This document shows positions 45,393 to 54,881 of a DNA stretch of 64,000 nucleotides, piece after piece. The notes under the pieces are model-generated. The model was given only the letters and a program-made list of their open reading frames with translations. It searched no databases and was not told the DNA's origin. The stretch's first letter is position 1, and each line of letters begins with the position of its first letter. The translations under genes and the position numbers were made by a program. Where the stretch lies: positions 393 through 64,392 of the forward strand of contig DYHD01000002.1 of NCBI GenBank assembly GCA_020724365.1, in the 5' to 3' direction. This stretch comes from Thermodesulfovibrio yellowstonii. Its GTDB lineage: Bacteria > Nitrospirota > Thermodesulfovibrionia > Thermodesulfovibrionales > Dissulfurispiraceae.

Positions 45393-46694
45393 ATGACACA
45401 GCTTCAAATGGCATTAAATAGTGAATTGACCTATGAGATTCAGAAGGTAGCTCAAGATGAAGGGATAGAGCCCGAAATCATCAGAAGACGAGTTGCATCT
45501 GGAAAGATAGTAATTCCAGCAAATAACAACAGAAAGTCAAAGGTTATCGGGATTGGCAAAGGATTAAGAACAAAGATAAATGCATCTATCGGCACATCCA
45601 CCGATATTGCTGATATTGATATGGAGGTCAAAAAGGCACAAATAGCTGAAAGATATGGTGCAGACACATTAATGGACTTGAGCGTTGGGGGCAATATAGA
45701 AGCTGTAAGAAAAGCTGTAATGAGTTCAATAAATCTGCCTGTGGGCACTGTGCCTCTATATGAAGCCTTTGCTATTGCAATCGAGAAATATGGTGCAGCA
45801 GTTAAAATGCCTGAAGAGCTTCTTTTTGAGATCACAGAAAAACAATGCTCAGAAGGAGTTTCTTTCATGGCAATCCATTGCGGTATAAATAGAAGAACCG
45901 TAGAAATGCTCAGGAGACAGCACTATCGTTATGGCGGTTTGGTCTCTAAAGGCGGTTCATATATGGTTGCGTGGATGGAGCATAATAATAAGGAAAATCC
46001 TTTATATGAACATTTTGACAGGGTGGTGGAGATACTGAGAAAATATGATGTCGTCCTTAGCCTCGGCAATGGCTTCAGGGCAGGCGCAATTCATGATGCC
46101 AATGACAGGGTACAGATTCAAGAATTGATTATAAATTGCGAACTGGCAGAATTAGGCAGGGAAGCTGGATGCCAGACTATGGTCGAAGGTCCTGGACATA
46201 TTCCTATAAATGAGATAGAAGCTAATATCATCCTTGAAAAAAAGATGAGCGGAGAATCACCCTTCTATATGTTAGGACCCATAACGACTGACATTGCTCC
46301 AGGCTATGACCACATTACATCTGCAATAGGAGCAGCCCTGTCATCGGCTTATGGAGCGGACTTTATATGTTATGTCACGCCTGCAGAACATCTTGGACTT
46401 CCCTTCCCAGAGGATGTTAGAGAGGGCGTTATTGCTGCGAAGATAGCCGCCCATGTTGGGGATATGATTAAACGGAAGGATATGGAGACTGATAAGTTAA
46501 TGTCAAAATCAAGAAGGGATATGCAGTGGGAGAGGCAGTTTGATTATGCAATAGACCCTGAACGGGCTGAGGAGATTAAGTCTAAGAGAGGAAATGGGGA
46601 TGATTCAACATGCACAATGTGCGGTAAATTCTGTGCAAATGGCATATTGAAGGGCATGTTTGAGAAAGACATGGAAGCCCATGATAAAAAATAA
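45393..46694 (+). CDS. bzaF: ThiC-family radical-SAM enzyme; by context probably 5-hydroxybenzimidazole synthase (BzaF-type), 433 aa
   Basis: ThiC-like throughout ('NASIGTS', 'GADT.MDLS.GG', 'VGTVP.YEA', 'GPGH.P', C-terminal 'CTMCGKFCA'). It is controlled by a B12 (not TPP) riboswitch and fused into a cobU-cobT-cobS operon. Start is at ATG 45393 after 'ggagg'. Confidence 0.65.
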   Translation: MTQLQMALNSELTYEIQKVAQDEGIEPEIIRRRVASGKIVIPANNNRKSKVIGIGKGLRTKINASIGTSTDIADIDMEVKKAQIAERYGADTLMDLSVGGNIEAVRKAVMSSINLPVGTVPLYEAFAIAIEKYGAAVKMPEELLFEITEKQCSEGVSFMAIHCGINRRTVEMLRRQHYRYGGLVSKGGSYMVAWMEHNNKENPLYEHFDRVVEILRKYDVVLSLGNGFRAGAIHDANDRVQIQELIINCELAELGREAGCQTMVEGPGHIPINEIEANIILEKKMSGESPFYMLGPITTDIAPGYDHITSAIGAALSSAYGADFICYVTPAEHLGLPFPEDVREGVIAAKIAAHVGDMIKRKDMETDKLMSKSRRDMQWERQFDYAIDPERAEEIKSKRGNGDDSTCTMCGKFCANGILKGMFEKDMEAHDKK

Positions 46695-46695
46695 G

Positions 46696-47241
46696 ATGTC
46701 AAACCATAAAAATAAGATTATCTTTATAACTGGTGGGGCAAAAAGTGGCAAAAGCTCTCTCGCCTTGAAGCCCGCATCTCTCTATTCAGTTAAAAAAGCT
46801 TATATCGCAACTGCTGAGCCTCTTGATGCCGAAATGCTTGAGAGGATTGACAGGCATAAAAGACAGAGAGGACTGGATTGGGATGTATTTGAGGAACCGC
46901 TAAAAATTGGCGATTCCATCAAAAAGATAATGGGCGAATATCCTTTTATCATTATTGACTGCCTGACGCTGTGGGTTTCAAACCTTCTGACAAGACAGGA
47001 TAATGAGAGGTTTATTGAAAAAGAACTGCAAAAGCTTATCACTGTTTTAGATCTTTTTCATAATAACTATGGTTCTCAGCTTATAATTGTATCTAATGAA
47101 GTGGGCATGGGGATAGTGCCTGACAATACCCTATCGAGAAGGTTCATGGATATTGCAGGGATGCTAAATCAGAAGGTGGCTGAGATTGCAGACGAAGTGT
47201 ATCTGACGGTATCAGGAATTCCTGTTAAGATAAAAGGTTAA
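46696..47241 (+). CDS. cobU: Adenosylcobinamide kinase / adenosylcobinamide-phosphate guanylyltransferase
   Basis: 'FITGGAKSGKS', 'IATAEPLDAEMLERIDRHK', 'IIDCLTLWVSN', 'SNEVGMGIVP'. Start chosen just after the upstream stop (the ORF track allows 46660). Confidence 0.85.
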   Translation: MSNHKNKIIFITGGAKSGKSSLALKPASLYSVKKAYIATAEPLDAEMLERIDRHKRQRGLDWDVFEEPLKIGDSIKKIMGEYPFIIIDCLTLWVSNLLTRQDNERFIEKELQKLITVLDLFHNNYGSQLIIVSNEVGMGIVPDNTLSRRFMDIAGMLNQKVAEIADEVYLTVSGIPVKIKG

Positions 47242-47250
47242 ATAAGGCAG

Positions 47251-47305
47251 GAGTTAAAAGTTAGGAGTTAAGAGTAGGGAGTTTAACTCCTAACTCCCTA
47301 CTCCC
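47251..47305. repeat. Heptamer-repeat hairpin (GGAGTTA/AACTCCY units) between cobU and cobT
   Basis: 'gagttaaaagttaggagttaagagtagggagtt' faces 'taactcctaactccctactccc'. For example, 47274-47283 'gtagggagtt' pairs with 47292-47301 'aactccctac'. Confidence 0.65.
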
Positions 47306-47321
47306 ATCGAAAGGGGAAAGC

Positions 47322-48383
47322 ATGAGTTTGTTAAAAGAGACTGTAAATAAAATTAAACCTATTGATAAAAGTCTTTATGACATTGCCCAGAGGCATCTGG
47401 ATAATCTCACGAAACCACCAGGAAGCTTGGGAATGCTTGAAGAGTTTGCAAGAAGGCTTGTTGCCATAAGAGGGAATAAAAATCCCTCAATCGATAAAAA
47501 GGCTATATTCACATTTGCAGGCGACCATGGTGTAACTGAAGAAGGCGTTTCAGCATATCCAAAAGAAGTCACCAAACAGATGGTTTTTAATTTCCTAAGA
47601 GGCGGGGCTGGAATAAATGTGCTTGCAAGACATGCTGGAGCGGATGTGGTTGTGATTGATATAGGTGTTGACTATGATTTTGAAAATGTTGAAGGACTTG
47701 AAAACAAAAAGGTAATAAACGGAACATACAATTTTATAAAGACAGCAGCTATGTCAAGACAGCAGGCAATAGAGTGCGTAGAGGTTGGAATAAAACTCGC
47801 TAATGAATATGCTAATAAAGACTATAATATATTCGGGACAGGAGATATGGGCATTGGCAATACCACTCCCTCAAGTGCAATTGCCTCCATTCTAACTGGC
47901 AAAGCTGTTTCGGATGTTACAGGTAAAGGCACAGGAATAACGGATGAATCTTTACAAAGAAAGATAAGTATAATTAAAGCTGGTATAAAACTGAATAACC
48001 CTGATCCACAGGATCCTTTGGATGTCCTTGCGAAGGTGGGGGGTGCAGAGATAGGCGGCATAGCAGGGATTGTTCTTGGAGGGGCAGCAAATAGAATACC
48101 TGTTGTAATTGATGGATTTATTTCTACAGCAGGTGCTTTGATAGCTTACTGTATTGAACCAAAGGTGAGCGATTACATATTTGCAGCACACAATTCAGTG
48201 GAAAAAGGTCATACCGTAATGCTCCAAAAGCTCGGATTAAAACCAATCCTCAATCTCGACTTGAGGCTTGGTGAAGGCACAGGAGCTGCCCTCGCAATGC
48301 TGATGATAGAAGCAGGGCTAAAGATATATAAAGAGATGGCAACATTTGTAGATGCAGGCGTCTCAAATGAGGTTCAAAATTAG
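47322..48383 (+). CDS. cobT: Nicotinate-nucleotide--dimethylbenzimidazole phosphoribosyltransferase
   Basis: '[13 protein letters not shown]', 'AGDHGV', 'GDMGIGNTT', 'LRLGEGTGA'. Confidence 0.95.
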   Translation: MSLLKETVNKIKPIDKSLYDIAQRHLDNLTKPPGSLGMLEEFARRLVAIRGNKNPSIDKKAIFTFAGDHGVTEEGVSAYPKEVTKQMVFNFLRGGAGINVLARHAGADVVVIDIGVDYDFENVEGLENKKVINGTYNFIKTAAMSRQQAIECVEVGIKLANEYANKDYNIFGTGDMGIGNTTPSSAIASILTGKAVSDVTGKGTGITDESLQRKISIIKAGIKLNNPDPQDPLDVLAKVGGAEIGGIAGIVLGGAANRIPVVIDGFISTAGALIAYCIEPKVSDYIFAAHNSVEKGHTVMLQKLGLKPILNLDLRLGEGTGAALAMLMIEAGLKIYKEMATFVDAGVSNEVQN

Positions 48384-48404
48384 AGATTTAAAATAGCATA
48401 TCTT

Positions 48405-49214
48405 ATGAAAAGTTTTATGATTGCATTACAATTCTTGACGATTATACCCTTTAATATAAAGGCTGTTTATAATGAAACAGATATAGCAAAAAGCTCTTCT
48501 GCCTTTATTTTTGTAGGTTTTCTGCAGGGCTTATTTCTAATACTAATCAGCTTTATATTAAACCTCATCTTTCATGAAGAGCTTGTTATAGCATTACTGC
48601 TTCTGTTTCTCGTCATCTTAAACGGCGGTTTCCACCTTGACGGACTCTCCGATACATTTGATGCACTTTCTGTAAAGTCATCTGGAGATATCGGAAAAGA
48701 CAGACAAAAGAGGCTTGCGGTAATGAAGGATTCAACTGCAGGACCTATTGGTATTACTGCAATCATCTTTGTCCTTGCCCTAAAATATCTATCCTTGAAA
48801 GGAATAACTCATATGTCTTACTTTAGTTTATATTCGACACTTCTTTTTATGCCTGTAATATCAAAATGGACGATGATAACCGCTATGTTTCATGGCACAT
48901 CGGCAAGAAAAGATGGGCTTGGGAGGATATTTATAGAAGGTGTTAAGGGCAGGGAGTATGCAATCTCAACAATAGTTCTTATTATCTCATTGGTAGCATT
49001 ATATTTGATATTTATCCGTTTTGCCCCTGAGGCTCAGTATATTTTTAATATACTTCTTTTAGTTACAATGTATTATTTCAGCCGTCTCTGGATAGTATTA
49101 TGCAATAACAAATTCGGCGGGCTCACAGGCGATACCCTCGGTGCTCTAAGTGAGCTAACAGAACTAATATTTCTTTTTATGGTGATAATATGGTCACGAC
49201 TTTATACCTTATAA
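48405..49214 (+). CDS. cobS: Adenosylcobinamide-GDP ribazoletransferase (cobalamin synthase)
   Basis: 'LQFLTIIP', 'GGFHLDGLSDTFDAL', polytopic membrane protein. Confidence 0.9.
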   Translation: MKSFMIALQFLTIIPFNIKAVYNETDIAKSSSAFIFVGFLQGLFLILISFILNLIFHEELVIALLLLFLVILNGGFHLDGLSDTFDALSVKSSGDIGKDRQKRLAVMKDSTAGPIGITAIIFVLALKYLSLKGITHMSYFSLYSTLLFMPVISKWTMITAMFHGTSARKDGLGRIFIEGVKGREYAISTIVLIISLVALYLIFIRFAPEAQYIFNILLLVTMYYFSRLWIVLCNNKFGGLTGDTLGALSELTELIFLFMVIIWSRLYTL

Positions 49215-49882
49215 GACACGGGGCAACTGCTGGCGATGATGTAAAAAGATACAAAGGCAGTATTGATGTGCCTCTCTCCCAAAAGGGCATCCAGCAGATA
49301 AGCAAATCATTAAACTTTATAGTAGAGCATGTTCGTAAATCCGCTCTTTTTAAACAGCAAAATTATCTTATTGATATACACGGTAACACATCTAATCGAG
49401 ATGATGGTAAAATGGCTTTGAAAGCTGTATATTGTTCTCCTCTTAGTAGAGCAGTGAGCAGTGCTGAGATTATAGCAAGCCATTTTGGCTTAAAGCCTAT
49501 TGAAGTGCCCAATCTCACAGAAAGAAATTTTGGTGAGTGGGAAGGCATGACTTATCTTGAGATTAAAGAAAAATACCCCGATGAATTCAATAAATGGGCT
49601 AACAATCCACTTAAATATTGTCCGCCCAAAGGGGAGAGCACCATTGAGGTGAGAGATAGGGTTGTAACTGCTATAGAAAAGACTATTGATAATCACCGAA
49701 CTATCGGAGAAAATATTGCCATTGTAGCGCATGGCGGTGTCAATAGGATTATATTATGCCATCTAATGGGGATTCCCCTCGAAAATATTTTTAGAATCGA
49801 GCAAGATCATGCATCTATAAATATAATTGAATTTTGGGAGAGATATCCTGTAGTGAAACTGGTTAACGGGATATTTTATTAG
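49190..49882 (+). CDS. cobC: Alpha-ribazole phosphatase (histidine phosphatase family)
   Basis: 'LYLIRHGAT' RHG motif, 'ERNFGEWEG', 'VAHGGV'. Position within the cob operon. Confidence 0.8.
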   Translation: MVTTLYLIRHGATAGDDVKRYKGSIDVPLSQKGIQQISKSLNFIVEHVRKSALFKQQNYLIDIHGNTSNRDDGKMALKAVYCSPLSRAVSSAEIIASHFGLKPIEVPNLTERNFGEWEGMTYLEIKEKYPDEFNKWANNPLKYCPPKGESTIEVRDRVVTAIEKTIDNHRTIGENIAIVAHGGVNRIILCHLMGIPLENIFRIEQDHASINIIEFWERYPVVKLVNGIFY

Positions 49883-49893
49883 GAGAGAATCTT

Positions 49894-51453
49894 ATGAGTA
49901 AAGCTTTAATGATACAAGGAACCGGCTCAGGCGTTGGGAAGAGTCTTATTGTTGCAGGACTGTGCAGATACTTCAATAACAAAGGGATGAATGTAGCTCC
50001 ATTTAAGGCGCAGAATATGGCTTTAAATTCATTTATAACCATTGATGGCGGTGAAATAGGCAGGGCACAGGCACTTCAGGCTGAGGCAGCAAGGGTTGAG
50101 CCAGTTGTTGATATGAATCCTGTCCTTTTGAAGGCATCTGGAGAGATGGGTTCACAGGTAATAATACACGGCAAGGCAATTGGGCACATGAAGCCTCGCC
50201 AGTATTACGCCAATAAGAAATTTACATGGGATGCTGTTAAATCTTCATATAAGAGACTTTCAAAAAAATACGATCTTATTATTATTGAAGGAGCTGGTAG
50301 CCCTGCAGAAATAAACCTTATGGATGCAGATATCGTTAATATGGCAGTTGCTCGTCATGTCAAATCACCTGTTCTTTTGGTTGGCGATATTGATAAAGGC
50401 GGTGTGTTTGCATCTCTATATGGGACATTAAAACTGCTTGGCAGATACAGCAATTATATCAAGGCTTTTATAATAAATAAATTCAGGGGAGACCCTGAGA
50501 TATTAAGTCCTGGCTTAAAGACGATTGAACAGAAGACAGGTAAGCCTGTGATAGGTGTAGTGCCTTACATATCCGATATTGGACTGCCTGAGGAAGACGG
50601 TCTTGCCCTCTCAAGAAATACCTTTTCAATCAAGCCTGTTAACTTGGGAAAAACATATGAAAAGATAAAGATAGTAGTTGTGAGACTAAAATTCATGTCT
50701 AATTTCACAGATTTTGACCCCTTCTTTTATGAGCCAGATGTTGACATAACATATTCTCAAAGTTCCTCCGATATAGAAAATGCCGATATGATAATCATAC
50801 CGGGGACAAAAAGCACTATCAGGGATTTGCTTTTTTTGAAAGAGTTGAAACTTGATGAGAGCATAAAAAGGGCTTTCAGTAATGGAGTTTATATAATGGG
50901 TATGTGCGGTGGATATCAAATATTGGGCAGAAAAATCTTCGATCCTTACTCTGTCGAGAGCCAACAGAAGGAAATAGATGGATTAGGGCTTTTGGACATA
51001 GAGACGAAATTTCAGAAGGCTAAGATAACATCTCGGGTGAATGCTGAATTTAATGGCAAGAGAGGGGATATCTTCCCATTTTTGCCTCTTTTAGCTCAAA
51101 ACAGCCTATCACAGGAATTAAAAGGTTATGAAATACATATGGGCATGAGTAAAGGTGATATTGGTCTTTTTAAATTGAGAAGGGTTTCTGAGGGATATTC
51201 AGATAATCCTGCAAAGTGTTATCTTGATGGTTCGCAAAATGGTAATTGTTGGGGGACTTATATTCACGGCATATTTGAAAACGATTATTTCAGGAGAGGA
51301 ATTATTGATTATATAAGGCAGATCAAAGGATTGACACCGCTTAAATTCACATTTAATTATGCTCAAATTAAGGATAATGCGTTAGAGAATCTATCAGATA
51401 CTATTTCAGACAATCTTGATATGGATTTTATTGAAGGGGTTTTAAAGCTATGA
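49894..51453 (+). CDS. cobQ: Cobyric acid synthase
   Basis: 'MIQGTGSGVGKS', 'EGAGSPAEINL', C-terminal GATase 'GMCGGYQILG' and 'GTYIHGIFEN'. Confidence 0.95.
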   Translation: MSKALMIQGTGSGVGKSLIVAGLCRYFNNKGMNVAPFKAQNMALNSFITIDGGEIGRAQALQAEAARVEPVVDMNPVLLKASGEMGSQVIIHGKAIGHMKPRQYYANKKFTWDAVKSSYKRLSKKYDLIIIEGAGSPAEINLMDADIVNMAVARHVKSPVLLVGDIDKGGVFASLYGTLKLLGRYSNYIKAFIINKFRGDPEILSPGLKTIEQKTGKPVIGVVPYISDIGLPEEDGLALSRNTFSIKPVNLGKTYEKIKIVVVRLKFMSNFTDFDPFFYEPDVDITYSQSSSDIENADMIIIPGTKSTIRDLLFLKELKLDESIKRAFSNGVYIMGMCGGYQILGRKIFDPYSVESQQKEIDGLGLLDIETKFQKAKITSRVNAEFNGKRGDIFPFLPLLAQNSLSQELKGYEIHMGMSKGDIGLFKLRRVSEGYSDNPAKCYLDGSQNGNCWGTYIHGIFENDYFRRGIIDYIRQIKGLTPLKFTFNYAQIKDNALENLSDTISDNLDMDFIEGVLKL

Positions 51454-52466
51454 ATGACTTGATACCATTGTCGCCTTTCAGCATACCCCCTGTTGTGCTG
51501 ATTCTTGCCTTTATTGTGGACTCAGTGATAGGCGACCCGCGATGGCTGCCCCATCCTGTTCGCATGTTCGGCTTAGCAATAACATGGCTCGAAAGAATCT
51601 TAAGAAGTTTTTTTAAGACGCCCACAGCAGAAAAATTTGCTGGTATTATCCTTGTAATAATCATTGTTATACCTATCTTTGCAGTAGTGTATTTTTTATT
51701 AGAAAATGCACATTCATTTTCTTCTGGTTTAATCATCTTTTTAACGATAATCTTTATAATCTATTTAACATCAACGACTATTGCCATACGAGAATTAATA
51801 GGCTCTACGAAATTAGTCATCCAAGCCGTTCATGACGGCAAACTTGATTATGCGAGGGCAAAGCTAAGCATGATTGTGGGCAGAGATACCCACAATCTAT
51901 CAGAAGAGCAAGTCTTAAAAGCAGCTATTGAGTCTGTATCTGAAAACCTCTCAGACGGCGTTGTAGCACCGCTTTTTTATCTCGTATTGGGCGGACTCCC
52001 TTTTGCATTAGCATATAAAGCTATCAATACACTCGACTCGATGGTCGGCTATAGGAATCAGAAATATATCAATTTTGGGTGGGCATCTGCACGACTTGAT
52101 GATTGTGTCAACTATATCCCTTCAAGGATTACAGGCATACTTATTGTCATTTCTGTCTTAATTGTTCTTAGATCAATCTCCATTGCCAAAATATCGCTAC
52201 AAACAATGCTCCGAGATGGAGGCAACCATATCAGTCCTAACAGTGGAGTCCCGGAGGCGGCTATGGCTGGAGGATTGGGCGTAAGGCTTGGAGGTCCTTC
52301 AACTTACGGCGGTGTTATTATGCAAAAGCCATATATCGGAGAAGCAAGACATAAAAACTATCTGGCTGCATCAAAAGTTGCATTGAATGTTGTCTGGTAT
52401 TCATCTATAATTAGCATCGCAATATCTTCGATAATTTTATATTTTATATATTACAAGGTTTCCTAA
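51450..52466 (+). CDS. cbiB: Adenosylcobinamide-phosphate synthase
   Basis: 'GDPRWLPHPVRMFG', 'ESVSENLSDGVVAPLFY', 'SPNSG.PEAAMAG.LG..LGG'. Confidence 0.95.
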   Translation: MNDLIPLSPFSIPPVVLILAFIVDSVIGDPRWLPHPVRMFGLAITWLERILRSFFKTPTAEKFAGIILVIIIVIPIFAVVYFLLENAHSFSSGLIIFLTIIFIIYLTSTTIAIRELIGSTKLVIQAVHDGKLDYARAKLSMIVGRDTHNLSEEQVLKAAIESVSENLSDGVVAPLFYLVLGGLPFALAYKAINTLDSMVGYRNQKYINFGWASARLDDCVNYIPSRITGILIVISVLIVLRSISIAKISLQTMLRDGGNHISPNSGVPEAAMAGGLGVRLGGPSTYGGVIMQKPYIGEARHKNYLAASKVALNVVWYSSIISIAISSIILYFIYYKVS

Positions 52467-52467
52467 G

Positions 52468-53529
52468 ATGTCTGAACACGGCGGCAATATATATAGATTT
52501 GCTGAGAGATTCAATGTCCCTGAAGAACAGATTTGCGACTTCAGCGCCTCTATTAACCCATTAGGGGTGCCTCAATCCGTCATAAAGGTAATACAGACAA
52601 TAGATAGCTCCATGTATCACTACCCCGACCCTGATACGAGCCAACTTAAGAAAGCCTTTTCCGCCTATTATGGCATAGATCCAGCATCAATTGTATGTGG
52701 AAATGGAAGCACTGAATTAATCTATCTCTGTGCGATGGCGTTGAAGCCAAAGACTGTGATGATACCTGCTCCGACATTCTCTGAATATGAAAGAGCAAGT
52801 TTGTTATCAGGAGCAAAAATAAAATATACCTTTTTAAAAAAAGAAAATAATTTCGATCTCGACCCCATGGAATTCATAAACAATATGAAGGGCTGCGAGA
52901 TGGCTTTTATCTGCAATCCAAATAATCCTACAGGCAGATTAATAAATATTGATGATATCTTGAAGATAGCCGACATTGCGAGGCATTTTAAGTGTTATCT
53001 GGTTATAGATGAGGCATTCATTGATTTTCTTCCCGAATACTCAATTATAAGAGAAGTTCAAAATAATCCATATCTTATAGTGTTAAGGTCAATGACAAAG
53101 TTTTATGCCCTTTCAGCCATAAGGCTTGGTTTTGGGGTGTTCCATCAGTCTATAACTGATGTAATCCTTCAGAATAAAGAACCATGGACTGTCAACACAA
53201 TTGCACAGAAAGCAGGCATAGCGGCTCTGTATGATGAGGATTACAAAAAAGACACCTTCAGAATAATTAATGAAGGCAAATCTTTGATGGAAGAAGGGTT
53301 AAGAAGGCTTTCAATTGAATATATACCTTCTTCAGTTAATTTTTATCTTTTGAAGATGAAAAATGCCCAACAAGTTATATCATCTCTATATAAATCATGT
53401 ATTTTAACAAGGAACTGTTCCAATTTCAGGGGATTGGACAGGACTTTTATAAGAGTAGCTGTTAAGTCTCCTGAAGATATCATAAGACTTTTAAAGGAGT
53501 TATCGGCTCAATGCATGCAGTTATCGTAG
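52468..53529 (+). CDS. cobD: L-threonine-O-3-phosphate decarboxylase (class I/II aminotransferase fold)
   Basis: 'HGGNIY', 'DFSASINPLG', 'NPNNPTG', 'SMTKFYAL.A.RLGF' (PLP-Lys). cob operon context. Confidence 0.85.
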   Translation: MSEHGGNIYRFAERFNVPEEQICDFSASINPLGVPQSVIKVIQTIDSSMYHYPDPDTSQLKKAFSAYYGIDPASIVCGNGSTELIYLCAMALKPKTVMIPAPTFSEYERASLLSGAKIKYTFLKKENNFDLDPMEFINNMKGCEMAFICNPNNPTGRLINIDDILKIADIARHFKCYLVIDEAFIDFLPEYSIIREVQNNPYLIVLRSMTKFYALSAIRLGFGVFHQSITDVILQNKEPWTVNTIAQKAGIAALYDEDYKKDTFRIINEGKSLMEEGLRRLSIEYIPSSVNFYLLKMKNAQQVISSLYKSCILTRNCSNFRGLDRTFIRVAVKSPEDIIRLLKELSAQCMQLS

Positions 53530-54878
53530 CAGGCACACACAGCGGTTGCGGCAAGACAACGATAGCACTTGGGCTTATGGCTGCGTTTAGGGCAATGGGG
53601 CTTAAAGCTCAACCCTTCAAATGCGGACCAGACTTTATTGATGCTGGCATTCACAGACTTATAACGGGAATACCTTCCAGAAATCTTGATATCTGGATGT
53701 GCAGTGAGGATTATGTAAGAGAATGTTTTTATAAACATTCCGAAAAGGCAGATATATCTGTAATTGAAGGCGTGATGGGGATTTATGACGGCAGATATAG
53801 CACTGCATCTATTGCAAGACTCCTCAACCTGCCTGTTATTCTTGTTGTAGATGCTTACGGAATGGCTGAAAGCGCAGGCGCACTTGTAAAAGGTTACAAA
53901 GATTGGGCAGATGAGGCTAATATCAACCTCAAGTGGATAATATTTAATCGTGTAGGCTCTGAAAGGCATTTTTTAAGATTGAAAAACAGTATAAAAGATG
54001 TGGATATAGCAGGCTATCTTCCAAGAAGTCTCAATTTTCAGATACCCCACAGACACTTAGGTCTCTTGGTTGCTGAAGAAAACCCGATAGATACAGAAGA
54101 CATAAATAGGCTTGCAGAAGCAGTGCATAAAAACATTGAGATAAAGGCTTTGATATCAGGCAGCGAGTTAAAGTCAGTTGTTCCAGACAAGTTTCTCAAT
54201 ATGAATAACCTTGAAATGGCTAATTGCCAGCCCCAATTCAAAAAAATTGGTGTGGCTTATGATAAATCCTTCTGTTTTTACTATGAAGATAACCTCGATA
54301 TGCTTAGAAATAGCTGTGCAGAAATCGTCCAATTCAGCCCTCTTGCAGACTCATCACTGCCTGATGGGATTGATGTTCTTTATCTTGGCGGCGGCTACCC
54401 AGAGCTTTATGCTGAAAGCCTATCGAGCAATAAAAGGATGCTCAAAGAAATCCATGACTGGTCTCAATCTGGGATGCCTGTGTATGCTGAATGTGGCGGT
54501 CTGATGTATCTTTCAAAAGGTATTTATGTTCAGGATGGCAGGTTCTTTGATATGACAGGAGTTTTCCCATTTGAGACATCAATAAGTTTGAACAGAAGGG
54601 CATTTCTTGGTTATCGAGAGGCTATGCTCAAAAAAGAATGCTTTCTCGGCTATAAAGGCGATTTTTTAAGAGGTCATGAATTTCATTACTCGGAGATTAA
54701 AGACAAAAGCAAAATTTCAGACATTGATAAACTTTATTCAGTCAAAGATAGCGATGGGGAAGCTCGAGATGATGAGGGTTATTCATATAAAAACACCCTT
54801 GCAAGTTATATACATCTACATTTTGGGAGCAATCCTCAGATAGCAAGTAATTTTATAAATTTCATTAGGAGAGTTTAA
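53511..54878 (+). CDS. cbiA: Cobyrinic acid a,c-diamide synthase
   Basis: 'AGTHSGCGKTT', 'GPDFID', C-terminal GATase 'YAECGGLMYL', 'GHEFHYS'. Confidence 0.95.
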   Translation: MHAVIVAGTHSGCGKTTIALGLMAAFRAMGLKAQPFKCGPDFIDAGIHRLITGIPSRNLDIWMCSEDYVRECFYKHSEKADISVIEGVMGIYDGRYSTASIARLLNLPVILVVDAYGMAESAGALVKGYKDWADEANINLKWIIFNRVGSERHFLRLKNSIKDVDIAGYLPRSLNFQIPHRHLGLLVAEENPIDTEDINRLAEAVHKNIEIKALISGSELKSVVPDKFLNMNNLEMANCQPQFKKIGVAYDKSFCFYYEDNLDMLRNSCAEIVQFSPLADSSLPDGIDVLYLGGGYPELYAESLSSNKRMLKEIHDWSQSGMPVYAECGGLMYLSKGIYVQDGRFFDMTGVFPFETSISLNRRAFLGYREAMLKKECFLGYKGDFLRGHEFHYSEIKDKSKISDIDKLYSVKDSDGEARDDEGYSYKNTLASYIHLHFGSNPQIASNFINFIRRV

Positions 54879-54881
54879 TAG

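Noticed and set aside
45393-46694. Annotating the ThiC-family gene as thiamine pyrimidine synthase thiC.
   Set aside because: Its leader is a cobalamin riboswitch, not a TPP riboswitch, and it is co-operonic with cobUTSC, so BzaF-type HBI synthase is the better call. Phylogeny is needed to be sure.
53508-53969. 153-aa Cys/His-rich antisense ORF, and the many other 60-140-aa ORFs lying antisense inside long genes (for example 334..549, 4247..4597, 33213..33581, 45452..45868, 58412..58783).
   Set aside because: They are shadow ORFs fully embedded in well-supported genes on the opposite strand, with no independent motifs or translation signals.
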